Shown here: positions 31,092-42,900 of the stretch, in pieces | Numbering within the stretch: position 1 is the first letter of the stretch | Layout: each line of letters begins with the position of its first letter | Source: an uncultured Acidobacteriota bacterium | GTDB lineage: Bacteria > Acidobacteriota > Thermoanaerobaculia > Multivoradales > UBA5704 | Direction: 5' to 3' | Length of the DNA stretch: 64,000 nt | NCBI GenBank assembly: GCA_963700145.1 | Contig: OY969474.1 | Span: 1,984,001 to 2,048,000 of the forward strand | The notes under the pieces: generated by a model | Databases searched by the model: none | Seen by the model: only the letters and a program-made list of their open reading frames with translations | Told to the model about the DNA's origin: nothing | Position numbers and translations under genes: made by a program

Positions 31092-31664
31092 TCACTGCCG
31101 GCGCGGTTGGAGGCCGTCGAGCGCGAGGTTGAGACGCAGGACGTTGACGCGCGGCTCGCCGAGCAGCCCCAGCGTCCGCCGCTCGACCCGCTCCTCGACC
31201 AGCCGGCGCACCGCCGCCGGATCGAGACCGCGGGCGGCGGCGACGCGGGGCACCTGGTAGAGGGCCGCTGCCGGGGTGATGTGCGGGTCGAGGCCGCTCG
31301 CCGAGGCGGTGACCAGGTCGACCGGCACCGGGCCGGTCCCGTGCGCCGCCCGCATGCGCTTCACGTCCGTTTGAATTCGGGTAAGGAGGGCCGGGTTGGT
31401 GGGCCCGAGGTTCGAGCCGCTCGAGGCGGAGGCGTTGTAAGGCGGCATCGTGGCCGAGGGCCGGCCCCAGAAGTAGCGGGCCCCCGAGAACGGCTGCCCG
31501 ATCAGCTCAGACCCCCTTACCTGGCCATCGACCTCCAGCAGGCTGCCGTTGGCGCGATCGGGGAACACGACCTGGGCGAGGCCGGTGACGGCGAGGGGAT
31601 AGAGCACACCCGTCAGCACGGTCATGACGAGGAGGAGAAGGACGGCGGTCGCGAGCTGGCGCAT
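31092..31664 (-). CDS. kdpC: Potassium-transporting ATPase subunit C
   Basis: ATG at 31664; [30 protein letters not shown]. Confidence 0.96.
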   Translation of the reverse strand: MRQLATAVLLLLVMTVLTGVLYPLAVTGLAQVVFPDRANGSLLEVDGQVRGSELIGQPFSGARYFWGRPSATMPPYNASASSGSNLGPTNPALLTRIQTDVKRMRAAHGTGPVPVDLVTASASGLDPHITPAAALYQVPRVAAARGLDPAAVRRLVEERVERRTLGLLGEPRVNVLRLNLALDGLQPRRQ

Positions 31665-31666
31665 GG

Positions 31667-33736
<2,070 letters not shown>

Positions 33737-33748
33737 CGCAAGCCTCCG

Positions 33749-35524
33749 TCAGCTGCCCAGCATCTGCAGGTGCTCGACGATCGGGCCGAGCGCCAGCGCC
33801 GGGAAGAAGGTCAGGGCACCCACCAGCACCACGACACCGGCGAGCAGGACGACGAAGAGCGGCGTGTGGGTCGGCAGGGTGCCGGGGCCGGGGGGCACGT
33901 GCTTCTTGCGCGCCAGCGAGCCGGCGATGGCGAGCGTCGGGATGGCGAGCCAGAAGCGGGCGAAGAGCATCGCCAGGCCGCCGGTCGTGTTGTAGAAGGG
34001 GTTGTTGGCGCCCAGGCCCGCGAAGGCGCTGCCGTTGTTGTTCCCCTGCGAGGTGTAGGCGTAGAGGACCTCGGAGAAGCCGTGGGCGCCGGGGTTGGCG
34101 AGCGTCTTCGTGCCCGGCTCGACGGCGACCGCGAGCGCCGTGAGGCCGAGCACCACGAGCGGCATGATGAGGACGACGAGCGAGGCCATCTTGATCTCGT
34201 AGGCCTCGATCTTCTTGCCCAGGTACTCGGGCGTCCGCCCGACCATGAGGCCGGCGATGAAGACGGCGACCAGGACGAAGACCAGCATGCCGTAGAGCCC
34301 GGAGCCGACGCCGCCGTAGATCGTCTCGCCGAACTGCATGAGGAAGAGCGGCACCAGGCCGCCCAGCGGCGTGTAGGAGTCGTGCATCGAATTGACCGAC
34401 CCGTTCGAGGCCGCCGTCGTCGCCGCCGCCCAGAGGGCCGAGCTCGCGATGCCGTAGCGCACCTCCTTGCCCTCCATGTTGCCGCCGGCCTGGAGCGGGC
34501 CCGCTCCTTGGTCGGCGCCCAGGCGGTCGAAGGCCGGGTTGCCGGCCTGCTCGGACGCGACGGCGACGGCGAGGAGCGGCAGGAAGATCAGGGTCATGGC
34601 GGCGAGCACCGCCCACCCTTGCCGCGCGTCCTTGACCATGCGGCCGAAGGTGACGCAGAGCGCCGCCGGGATGAGCAGGATCGACAGCACCTGGAGGAAG
34701 TTCGAGAGCGGCGTCGGGTTCTCGAACGGGTGGGCGGAGTTGGCGTTGAAGAAGCCGCCGCCGTTGGTGCCGAGCTGCTTGATGGCGATCTGCGAGGCCG
34801 CCGGCCCCACGGCCAGCACCTGCTCGGTATTTTTGAACGGCGCGAAAGCTTTCGCGCCTACGCGCTCGCCCTCGGCGTCGGTGGTGGCTTCGAGGAGCGG
34901 GACCGTGCGGTAGGGCGAGAGCGTCTGCACCACCCCTTGCGACACCAGGACGAGCGCCAGGACGAGCGAGAGCGGCAGCAGGATGTAGAGGGTGGTGCGG
35001 GTCAGGTCCACCCAGAAGTTGCCGATCGTCTCGGCCTTCCGCCGCACGAAGCCGCGGACGAACGCCGCCAGCATCGCCATGCCGGCGGCCGCCGAGACGA
35101 AGTTCTGGACGGTGAGCGCGAGCATCTGGGTGAGGTAGCTCATCGTCGTCTCGCCGCCGTAGCCCTGCCAGTTGGTGTTGCTGGCGAAGGAGACCGCGGT
35201 GTTGAACGAGGAGTCCGGCGTCACCCCGCCCAGACCCTCGGGGTTCGCCGGCAGCACGCCCTGGAAGCGCTGCAAGGCGTAGACGGCGAGGAGGCTCACG
35301 GCGCTGAACAGCAGCATCGCGAGCGCGTAAGTGCGCCAGCCCATCTCCTCCTCCGGCTTGACGCCGGTGAGGCGGTAGAGAAGCCGCTCGAACGGCCCGA
35401 GCACGCGGTCGAGGCCGCAGGGCTTCCCCTCGTAGACCAGGGCCATGTAGGCGCCGAGCGGCTTGGCCAGCGCGATCAGCACGACCATGTAGAGGACGAT
35501 CTGCAGGACGCCGTTGGCGGTCAT
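33749..35524 (-). CDS. kdpA: Potassium-transporting ATPase subunit A
   Basis: [24 protein letters not shown]. Confidence 0.99.
   Translation of the reverse strand: MTANGVLQIVLYMVVLIALAKPLGAYMALVYEGKPCGLDRVLGPFERLLYRLTGVKPEEEMGWRTYALAMLLFSAVSLLAVYALQRFQGVLPANPEGLGGVTPDSSFNTAVSFASNTNWQGYGGETTMSYLTQMLALTVQNFVSAAAGMAMLAAFVRGFVRRKAETIGNFWVDLTRTTLYILLPLSLVLALVLVSQGVVQTLSPYRTVPLLEATTDAEGERVGAKAFAPFKNTEQVLAVGPAASQIAIKQLGTNGGGFFNANSAHPFENPTPLSNFLQVLSILLIPAALCVTFGRMVKDARQGWAVLAAMTLIFLPLLAVAVASEQAGNPAFDRLGADQGAGPLQAGGNMEGKEVRYGIASSALWAAATTAASNGSVNSMHDSYTPLGGLVPLFLMQFGETIYGGVGSGLYGMLVFVLVAVFIAGLMVGRTPEYLGKKIEAYEIKMASLVVLIMPLVVLGLTALAVAVEPGTKTLANPGAHGFSEVLYAYTSQGNNNGSAFAGLGANNPFYNTTGGLAMLFARFWLAIPTLAIAGSLARKKHVPPGPGTLPTHTPLFVVLLAGVVVLVGALTFFPALALGPIVEHLQMLGS
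34839..34858. repeat. 20-bp palindrome GGCGCGAAAGCTTTCGCGCC, copy 2, in frame within kdpA
   Basis: Identical to 1231-1250; the minus strand reads GTAGGCGCG...; encodes GAKAFAP. Confidence 0.85.
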
Positions 35525-35613
35525 CAGAAGCGCTCCGGCCGCAGCAGGGCGAAGAAGAGGTAGACGGCGAGGACGATCGTCACCGCCAGGCCGAGGAGGT
35601 AGAGCGGGCTCAT
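35524..35613 (-). CDS. kdpF: KdpF small subunit
   Basis: [29 protein letters not shown] (29 aa); stop overlaps the kdpA start. Confidence 0.92.
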   Translation of the reverse strand: MSPLYLLGLAVTIVLAVYLFFALLRPERF

Positions 35614-35726
35614 CGCTTCTCCTCCTTAGGGCTGTCCCGCATGGGATCGAGCGCGTCGCAGCCGCGCACGAAGCCCCACGAGGCGGCGAAGAAGACCAGG
35701 GTCAGCAGGATGAAGGCGAAGTCCAT
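35610..35726 (-). CDS. Small single-TM peptide upstream of kdpF
   Basis: [38 protein letters not shown]; GGAGG RBS; ATGA overlap with kdpF. Confidence 0.7.
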   Translation of the reverse strand: MDFAFILLTLVFFAASWGFVRGCDALDPMRDSPKEEKR

Positions 35727-35740
35727 CGCGTGCCTCCGCG

Positions 35741-36814
35741 TCAGAAGGTGAAGATCGTCCCGAGCGCCAGCAGGAACTGCTCGCGCTCCGGCGCCCCCGC
35801 CACCTCGCCGGTGAAGACGGCGGCGGTCGAGCGGTCGTAACGCCCCTCGAGCTTGACGATCACCTGCTCGTGGGGGCGCAGGTCGAAGGTGAGCGTCGCC
35901 TCCTCCAGCCGCTGCGGGAGGCCGGTGATGCCGGCGTCGGGGTCGTCGAAGCGCTCGAGGCGCAGGGCGGCGCTCGTCTTGGGATTGAAGGTCCAGCGCG
36001 CCCAGCCGGCCAGGGCCGTCCACTCCGCCGTGGGGCTCCCCGGCAGCTCCTGGCGGCCGAAGTCCACCTCCAGCGCCAGGTCCAGCGCCGCCGTCGCCTT
36101 GGCGGTGGCGACGACGTCGAGGAGCGTGCGCAGGCTGGAGTCGTCCCCCGGCAGCTCGGGCCCGGCCCAGCCGTTGACGGCGACCCCGCCGCGCGCGCCG
36201 CTCCAGCCGAGCTGGGCGCCCAGGCTCTTGGCGTCGTTGTTGTCGGCGATGATCTGCCAGCCGTTGACGACGTGCAGGCCCCCCGACCAGCCGCCGCCCC
36301 ACGACCAGACCGCCTTGACGCCGGTCTGGTAGTAGGGGGAGAAGTTGCCCGCCCAGGAGCCGGTGTAGTTCCAGGTGTCGCGCGCCAGCGCGCTCTCGAA
36401 GCCGATGTGGCTGGGGTAGATGCCGGCCTCGACGAGGAGCGCCGGCGCGGCGGCGTAGGAGACCGAGGCGCGGTAGACGTTCTCGAAGACGTCCCGCCCC
36501 ACCCCCTCGCCCGCCGGCTCGCCCAAGTGGAGGACGTCCATCTCGTTGCCGGCGCCCAGGATCAGATGGAAGCCCACGGGCGCGGGATCTCGGCGGACCT
36601 CGATCGCCGCGAGGTTGAGCTCGATCTCGCCGTCCCGCTTCGCCACCACCCCGGCGCCGGGGAAGAAGTTGCCGTGGTCGAACGGGCGGTTGGCGTTGTA
36701 GGCGGCGTAGAGGTCGACGAAGCCGGCGATGTGCAGCGTCTCTTCGTCCTCCCCGCTATCTGCGGGGGAGGCGCCGAGCAGCGCCAGTGCGAACAGCGTC
36801 TCGGCGAGGTGCAT
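35741..36814 (-). CDS. Outer-membrane beta-barrel/porin at the head of the kdp operon
   Basis: Signal peptide, PYYQTG and NGW motifs, alternating beta pattern, C-terminal Phe. Confidence 0.75.
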   Translation of the reverse strand: MHLAETLFALALLGASPADSGEDEETLHIAGFVDLYAAYNANRPFDHGNFFPGAGVVAKRDGEIELNLAAIEVRRDPAPVGFHLILGAGNEMDVLHLGEPAGEGVGRDVFENVYRASVSYAAAPALLVEAGIYPSHIGFESALARDTWNYTGSWAGNFSPYYQTGVKAVWSWGGGWSGGLHVVNGWQIIADNNDAKSLGAQLGWSGARGGVAVNGWAGPELPGDDSSLRTLLDVVATAKATAALDLALEVDFGRQELPGSPTAEWTALAGWARWTFNPKTSAALRLERFDDPDAGITGLPQRLEEATLTFDLRPHEQVIVKLEGRYDRSTAAVFTGEVAGAPEREQFLLALGTIFTF

Positions 36815-36840
36815 GATGAGGCCATGCTGGCGGCCCGCGG

Positions 36841-36879
36841 CGAAAGAAAGGCGGAAGGAGGACGAAGGACTGGCGAACG
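36841..36879. promoter_or_regulatory. 11-bp-spaced direct repeats, candidate KdpE boxes
   Basis: CGAAAG 36841, CGGAAG 36852, CGAAGG 36863, CGAACG 36874 upstream of porin-kdp. Confidence 0.55.
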
Positions 36880-36951
36880 GTTTCAGGTGCCGTTGAGGTC
36901 GCCGTGACCGCGCGGCGAATCGCGGATCCTGAGTGGAAGGCGTGAACGGAC

Positions 36952-37020
36952 TGGGTCCGTCGATGGACCGCGTGGGTCAGGCGACGGATGGGATGGGTCG
37001 GCGGCTCGACTGGCTGGGTC
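36952..37020. repeat. Short 21-bp-period array with TGGGTC core (4 units)
   Basis: TGGGTC at 36952, 36973, 36994, 37015. Confidence 0.7.
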
Positions 37021-37112
37021 GGCCGGCGACCGCGTCCGCCGCTACGGCTTCCTCGGCGTCGTTGTCGCGTTCCAGCGTGATGGCGACTTTGCCTCGGGCG
37101 CCCTCGGCGACC

Positions 37113-37454
37113 TCAGCGGGGATAAACAATGAGAACCGTCGCAACCACCAACAGCACGAATCCCAGTAGCTGGCTTGGACTAAGGCGTTCGCCGAGCACA
37201 AAGTGGGAAACAAGCGCGACGCAGACAACGCCGAAGGCCAAGTGAAACGTAGCCATTTGGGCGCCGCTGTACGAGCCGTATCCGAATCGTGTGGCCGCCA
37301 CGTTGAGGATGTACTCCGGCAGGACCAGGAGCCAGCTCATGCCAAGGGCCATCCAGAAGCCAATGCTGTCCCGGAAGCGCAAGTGTCCGAGCCACGCCAG
37401 TGCCATCAGGCAACTCGCCAGAAACAGACAAGCAGGAACAAGGACTGCCTTCAT
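37113..37454 (-). CDS. Small DMT-superfamily membrane protein (4 TM)
   Basis: MALAWLGHL, SW...PEY...A.R.G pattern; lower GC than flanks. Confidence 0.7.
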   Translation of the reverse strand: MKAVLVPACLFLASCLMALAWLGHLRFRDSIGFWMALGMSWLLVLPEYILNVAATRFGYGSYSGAQMATFHLAFGVVCVALVSHFVLGERLSPSQLLGFVLLVVATVLIVYPR

Positions 37455-37565
37455 CTCTGAATATTCCCGAGCGAGCCTCGATCCGGCGATAGGGAAGACT
37501 GCACCCGGCTACATCCGTGTAGCTGTTCCTGCGAAGCGGGACAAACGCTAGGAGGCGGTTCTCGC

Positions 37566-39440
37566 TCAGACCTCCACCTGCATACCGATCTCGATCACCC
37601 GGTTGGGCGGCAGGCGGAAGAACTGCGACGGCACCTGGGCGTTGCGCGCCATGAGGATGAAGAGCGCGTCGAGCCCGCGGCCGAAGAGGGACTTCGGGCG
37701 CGAGAGGAGGGTGCTGCGGCTGAGCAGGTAGGTGGTGTGGGCCGGGTCGATCGCGATCCCCTGGCCCGCCAGCCCGCGGAGCACGGCCGGCACGTCGGGG
37801 TCTTCCATGAAGCCGTAGCGGGCGACGACGCGGTAGAACTCCTCGCCGAGCTCCTCGACCGCCGTCCGCTCCGCCTCGGCGACGTGCGGCACCTCCTCGG
37901 TCACCAGCGTCAGGAAGAGGTTGCGCTGGTGGACCACGTGGTTGAGCTTCAGGTTGTGCAGGAGGGCCGAGGGGAGCCCCGCGGTCTGGCCGGTGAGGAA
38001 GACGGCGGTGCCGGGCACCCGCGGCATCTGCCGGCGGGCGATGTCCTCGATCAGGCGCTCGGGAGGGAGCGCCGAGGCGGCGAGCTGGGCGGTCAGCGCG
38101 TTGCGCCCGCGCCGCCAGCTGGTGAAGACGACGAAGGTGGCGGCGGCGAGGACGAGCGGGAACCAACCCCCCTGCGCCACCTTGACGATGTTGGCGCCGA
38201 AGAAGGCCAGGTCGACGACCAGGAAGAGCGCGGTGACCGCCGCCGCCTGCCAGAGCTTCCACCCCCAGACGTGGCGCGCCACGACGAAGGCGAGGAGCGT
38301 GGTGATGACCATCGTCGTCGCCACCGCCACGCCGTAGGCAGCGGCCAGGTTGCTCGAGGTGCGGAAGCCGAGCACCAGGGCGATGGTCGCCGCCATCAGC
38401 CCCCAGTTGGCCAGCGGCACGTAGATCTGGCCGATCTCCCGGGGCGAGGTGTGGACGATCTCCATGCGCGGGGCGTAGCCGAGCTGGACCGCCTGCCGGG
38501 TGAGCGAGAAGACCCCCGAGATCACGGCTTGCGAGGCGATGACCGTCGCCATGGTCGCCAGGACGACCAGCGGGATGAGCGCCCACTCGGGGGCCAGCCG
38601 GTAGAACGGGTTGTGCGCCGCCTCGGGGTCGCGCAGCAGCAGCGCACCCTGGCCGAAGTAGTTGAGCAGCAGCGACGGCGCCACCAGCGAGAACCAGTCG
38701 ATCTGGATCGGCGGCTCGCCGAAGTGCCCGAGGTCGGCGTAGAGCGCCTCGCCGCCGGTGGCGACGAGGAAGACGGCGCCGAGGACGAGGTACCCCGCGA
38801 GGCCGTTGGCCTGGAAGAAGCGGACGGCGTGGAGCGGGTTGAAGGCGGCGAGGACCCCGGGCTCGTGGAGGATGCTGGCGACGCCGAGCGCGGCGAGGGT
38901 CAAGAACCAGACGACGATGACGGGGCCGAAGATCAACCCGACCCCCGCCGTCCCCCGCCGCTGGAAGAGGAACAGCAGCACGAGGATGGCGACGGTGAGC
39001 GGCACGACGTAGGGGGCGAGCTGGGGCGCCGCCACCTCGAGCCCCTCGACCGCGGAGAGCACCGAGATCGCCGGCGTGATCATGCCGTCGCCGTAGAGCA
39101 GAGCGGCGCCGAAGAGGCCCAGCGCGATCAGCACCCACTGCCGCCGCCGCGTCTTGCGCGTCGCCAGCGCCATCAAGGCCAGGATGCCGCCCTCGCCGCG
39201 GTTGTCGGCGCGCAGGACGTAGACGTGGTACTTCAAGGTGACGACGATGACCAGCGTCCAGACGATCAGCGACAGGACCCCGAGCACGTTGGCGCGGGTC
39301 ACCGGCACCGCGTGCGGGCCGAAGAAGCACTCGCGCATCGCATAGAGCGGGCTCGTCCCGATGTCGCCGTAGACGACCCCCATGGCGGTGAGGCAGAGGA
39401 AGGCGAGGCGGCGTGGCGAGTGCTGGTGGTGTGAGGTCAA
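37566..39440 (-). CDS. kup: Kup potassium transporter (paralog 2)
   Basis: GVVYGDIGTSPLYA, EALYADLGHFG, RVIEIG. Confidence 0.97.
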   Translation of the reverse strand: MTSHHQHSPRRLAFLCLTAMGVVYGDIGTSPLYAMRECFFGPHAVPVTRANVLGVLSLIVWTLVIVVTLKYHVYVLRADNRGEGGILALMALATRKTRRRQWVLIALGLFGAALLYGDGMITPAISVLSAVEGLEVAAPQLAPYVVPLTVAILVLLFLFQRRGTAGVGLIFGPVIVVWFLTLAALGVASILHEPGVLAAFNPLHAVRFFQANGLAGYLVLGAVFLVATGGEALYADLGHFGEPPIQIDWFSLVAPSLLLNYFGQGALLLRDPEAAHNPFYRLAPEWALIPLVVLATMATVIASQAVISGVFSLTRQAVQLGYAPRMEIVHTSPREIGQIYVPLANWGLMAATIALVLGFRTSSNLAAAYGVAVATTMVITTLLAFVVARHVWGWKLWQAAAVTALFLVVDLAFFGANIVKVAQGGWFPLVLAAATFVVFTSWRRGRNALTAQLAASALPPERLIEDIARRQMPRVPGTAVFLTGQTAGLPSALLHNLKLNHVVHQRNLFLTLVTEEVPHVAEAERTAVEELGEEFYRVVARYGFMEDPDVPAVLRGLAGQGIAIDPAHTTYLLSRSTLLSRPKSLFGRGLDALFILMARNAQVPSQFFRLPPNRVIEIGMQVEV

Positions 39441-39515
39441 GGGGGCTCGAAGAGGGACACCGCCTGCGCGCTGTCAGGTCGGCTGCCTCGCGAGGGCGAC
39501 GCTACGGGCCAAGGA

Positions 39516-39543
39516 CGAAAGAAGTCCGTAAGAAGGCCGAAAG
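39516..39543. promoter_or_regulatory. 11-bp-spaced direct repeats, candidate KdpE boxes
   Basis: CGAAAG 39516, CGTAAG 39527, CGAAAG 39538 upstream of kup paralog 2. Confidence 0.55.
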
Positions 39544-39548
39544 GGGCC

Positions 39549-39935
39549 GTGAAGATGAGCGGCGGCGCCCTGCAGCTCGCGCGCGAGATCGCCGCCTGCG
39601 CCCAGCTCCGGCGCACCGCCCCGCCCGACGAGCTGCGCTTCCCCGACCTGACGGTCGACCTCCAGCGCCGGCGCGTCGTGCAGGGCGGGCGGGAGGTGAA
39701 GCTGACCCCGACCGAGTTCGCCCTCCTCGAGCTCTTCGCCACCCACGCCGGCAAGCCGCTCTTCTTCAACCAGATCATCGACCGCGTCTGGCGCGGCGCA
39801 CCGGCGACCTCGAAGGACACCGTGCGCGTCCACGTCGCCTCGCTGCGCCGCAAGCTCGAGCCCGACGCCTCGAACCCGCGCTACCTCGTCACCGAGCCCT
39901 GGATCGGCTACCGCTTCATTGCCGAGCCGCTGTGA
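39549..39935 (+). CDS. KdpE-like winged-helix DNA-binding protein lacking a receiver domain
   Basis: LTPTEFALL...LRRKLEPDASNPRYLVTEPWIGYRF, very similar to the kdpE C-terminus; no DD/D/K receiver motifs. Confidence 0.75.
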   Translation: MKMSGGALQLAREIAACAQLRRTAPPDELRFPDLTVDLQRRRVVQGGREVKLTPTEFALLELFATHAGKPLFFNQIIDRVWRGAPATSKDTVRVHVASLRRKLEPDASNPRYLVTEPWIGYRFIAEPL

Positions 39936-39959
39936 GTCGGCGGCCGCGGGGCTGTTTTC

Positions 39960-42900
39960 TCAGCGGAAGAGCACTCCGAGCTGCAGGGTGAGGAAGTCGG
40001 CGTCGGCGTCGGGGACGCGGTGGTAGTCGGCGCCGAGCTCGAGGCGGTAGGGCGCCTTGATCGGGAGCTGGAAGCCGAGGCCGAGGTTGAAGCCGGCGTC
40101 GCTGCCGCCGCTCTTCGGCCGGTAGATCCCCGGACCCGCCTGCAGATAGAAGTCCGTGCCGCTCGGCAGCGGGAAGAGGACCTGCGCGTTGAGCGAGAGG
40201 TTGACGAAGCGCGGGTGCTCGATGGCGGCGGCGGTCTCGGCGGTGAGCTGGGAGAGGCCGCCGAAGAGGACGAGCCGGAGGCGGTCGGTCAAGGCGTAGC
40301 TCAGGTCGGCGCGGACGTGGATGTTGGCGTCGGCCGGCGGGTCGAGGTCGCGCAGCGGGTGGGTCGAGCCGACGTGGAAGCTCGCCAGCCACCTGCCGCC
40401 GGCGGCCGCGCCGCCGTCGACGCTCACCAGCGCCTCGTCGGTATCGGCGAGGCCGCCCTGGTCGGTCACCCGCAGGCGGACGCGGTGGAGGCCCGCCGCG
40501 AGCGGCACGCCGAGCGTCTCGCCAGCGCCGAGGAGCACCGGCGGGCCGGCGGTGACGTCGAACCACTCATAGGTCGCGATGCCGTCGCGGGTGCCCGGGG
40601 TCGAGTCCGGGTCCGCCGAGCCGGTGGCGTCGAGCGGGATCGGCGCGCCGCCCGGCACCACGCGGTCGCCGCCGGCCTCGGCGATCGGATGCACGTTGGC
40701 CAGCTCCTCGGAGCGGACGTCGAAGCCCACCTGCGGATCGCTGCTGCAGAGCTCGAGGAACGAGGCGTAGACCGAGATGAGCGACCCGCCGTGGTTGGTG
40801 ATGTCGCGCGGGTTGCGGTCGGCCGGGCAGTCGGGATGCGGGCCGGGGATCCCGGGCGCCTGGACCGCCGCTACGAACGCGGCGGCCAGGTCGGCTCCGC
40901 TCTGGCCCGGCGCCGTGGGGAGGGTGATGGCACAGGTGCCGATCGGCGTGTGCTCGACGACGCGCACGGTCTCGCCGCCGGCGGCGCCCGCGAGCGGCGT
41001 CTCGAAGTCGATCTTCAGCACCTGGATCTGGTTGAACGCCTGGACGCCGAGGCCGCCGAGCCGCAGGCAGGCCCCGGTTGCCGCGCCGGGATCGGTGTGG
41101 AGGACGGTGATGAGCTGCCCGCCGACAACGCCGGGCGCGTCGAGGCGCAGCCGCGGCCGGCGCGCGAACTCGTCCTCCTCGGCGCCGGCGAAGCCGGGAT
41201 CGAGCGTCGCGCGGACGTTGTTGGCGGCGCAGGTGGGGCTCGCGGCGACGGCGTCGCGGGCGCGGGCCAGGATCTCGACGTCGCTCTCGCCGCGCGCGAA
41301 GGGCACGGCCACGGCGCAGAGCGACTCCGTCCCCAGCCGCCGCTGGACGCTCGCGGCCAGGTGGAGCACCCCCGCGGCCTCGCCGGCGCCGCCGGGGAGC
41401 TCCATGCCGCCGCCGCCGCCGCTACCCTCGAAGTCCGCGAGGTCGAGCTCGACGATGCTGCTCGGGGGGTTGTCGAGCGGGGGGCAGCCGACCACCTTGC
41501 CGACGGCGAGCTGCGGGCCGCAGAGGACGGTGATCGTCGACAGCGGATCGTTGTCGCCGTCGCCGTCGGCGTCGTCGTAGCACTCCTCGATCGGCGTCTC
41601 CCCTAGGCAGTCGCCGTTGAAGCAGGCCCAGACGACCTTCTTGCCGCTCCAGAAGTCGACGAGGCTGGTCTCGAGCACGCCGTCGCCGTCGGTACGGATG
41701 GTGCCGCCCATGACGTCGACCGTGTCTTCGGCGCAGACGTCGCCGTTGGACTGCAGGATGCGCATCGTGCAGGGGCCCTGGTCGGGGAGGAAGTTCTGGC
41801 CGTAGACCGGGATGTCCCAGATGCTGTCGTTGACCCAGCCCTCGAAGTTGGTGATGAAGGGCTCGCCGAGCGCGAAGGCGCCGCGGCCGTGGGTGGCGGC
41901 GTAGATGCGGCCGTGGGTCTCGTCGATCGAGATCTCGTAGACCGGCGCGTTCGGCAGCCCCTGCGCGAAGGGGTCCCAGCTCGCGCCGCCATCGAGCGAG
42001 CGGTAGAGGCTGGCGCCGTCGGGGCCGCTGTCGAGCCCGAGGTAGACCCGCTCGGGGACGCTCGGCTCGATGCTCACCGTGTTGGCGGGAATGCCGGGCG
42101 GCAGGCCGGTCACCACGGGGTCCCAGTCGCCGCCGCCGTCGGTCGTCTTCCACAACCGCGCGTGGGCGCCGAAGCCGGAAAAGGTGGCGTACGCGGTGTC
42201 GGGCTCGGTCGGGTGGACGGCGATGCGAGTGACCGGCACGTTGGGCAGCTCGGCGGTGTCGATCCGCGGCCAGTCGTCGCCGGCGGTGGGCGAGAGCTGG
42301 GTGCGGAAGATCTCGCCGCCGTAGTAGCCGACGTAGACCCGGTCCGGGTCGCTCGGGGCGACGGCGATGGCGGAGATGGCGTTCTGGCCGGTGCCGGCCG
42401 CGATGTGGTTCACGGCGCTGTCCGCGGTGACGATCTCGGTCGACGGGCCCGTCGCCAGGACCGGGCTCACCACCGTCCAGGAGCTGCCGTTGTTGGCGCT
42501 GCGGTAGAGGCGGTTGGCGCCGAAGTAGAGCGGGTGCTCGCCCGTGCCGTCGGCCGACGGGTCCTGGACGAAGGGGGCGTAGAAGAGCCGCGGATCGCTG
42601 GCGGCGATGCCGCTGTTGATGATGTCCCAGTCCTCGCCGCCGTCGAGCGAGCGCCTCAGCGAGCCGTAGTTGCTGGCGGCGTAGACCGTCAGGACGTCGT
42701 CGAAATCGAGGAAGGAGTAGCCGGCGTCGCCGCAGCAGGGCCGGTGGGTCCAGCGGCGGCTGCCGTTCCAGGTCTGCCCGCCGTTGTCCTGGCTGGTGCC
42801 GACGACCATCGTGGTCAGCGGCGAGGAGCCCAGGCCGTGGAAGCCGGTGATCTGCAGGTCGTCGTTGCGCGGCGTCCAGGTGGCGCCGCTATTGGTGGAG

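Noticed and set aside
37040-37120. Protein-like minus-strand fragment (AEGARGKVAITLERDNDAEEAVAA) after the DMT gene
   Set aside because: Possibly a gene remnant, but no family recognized and no start.
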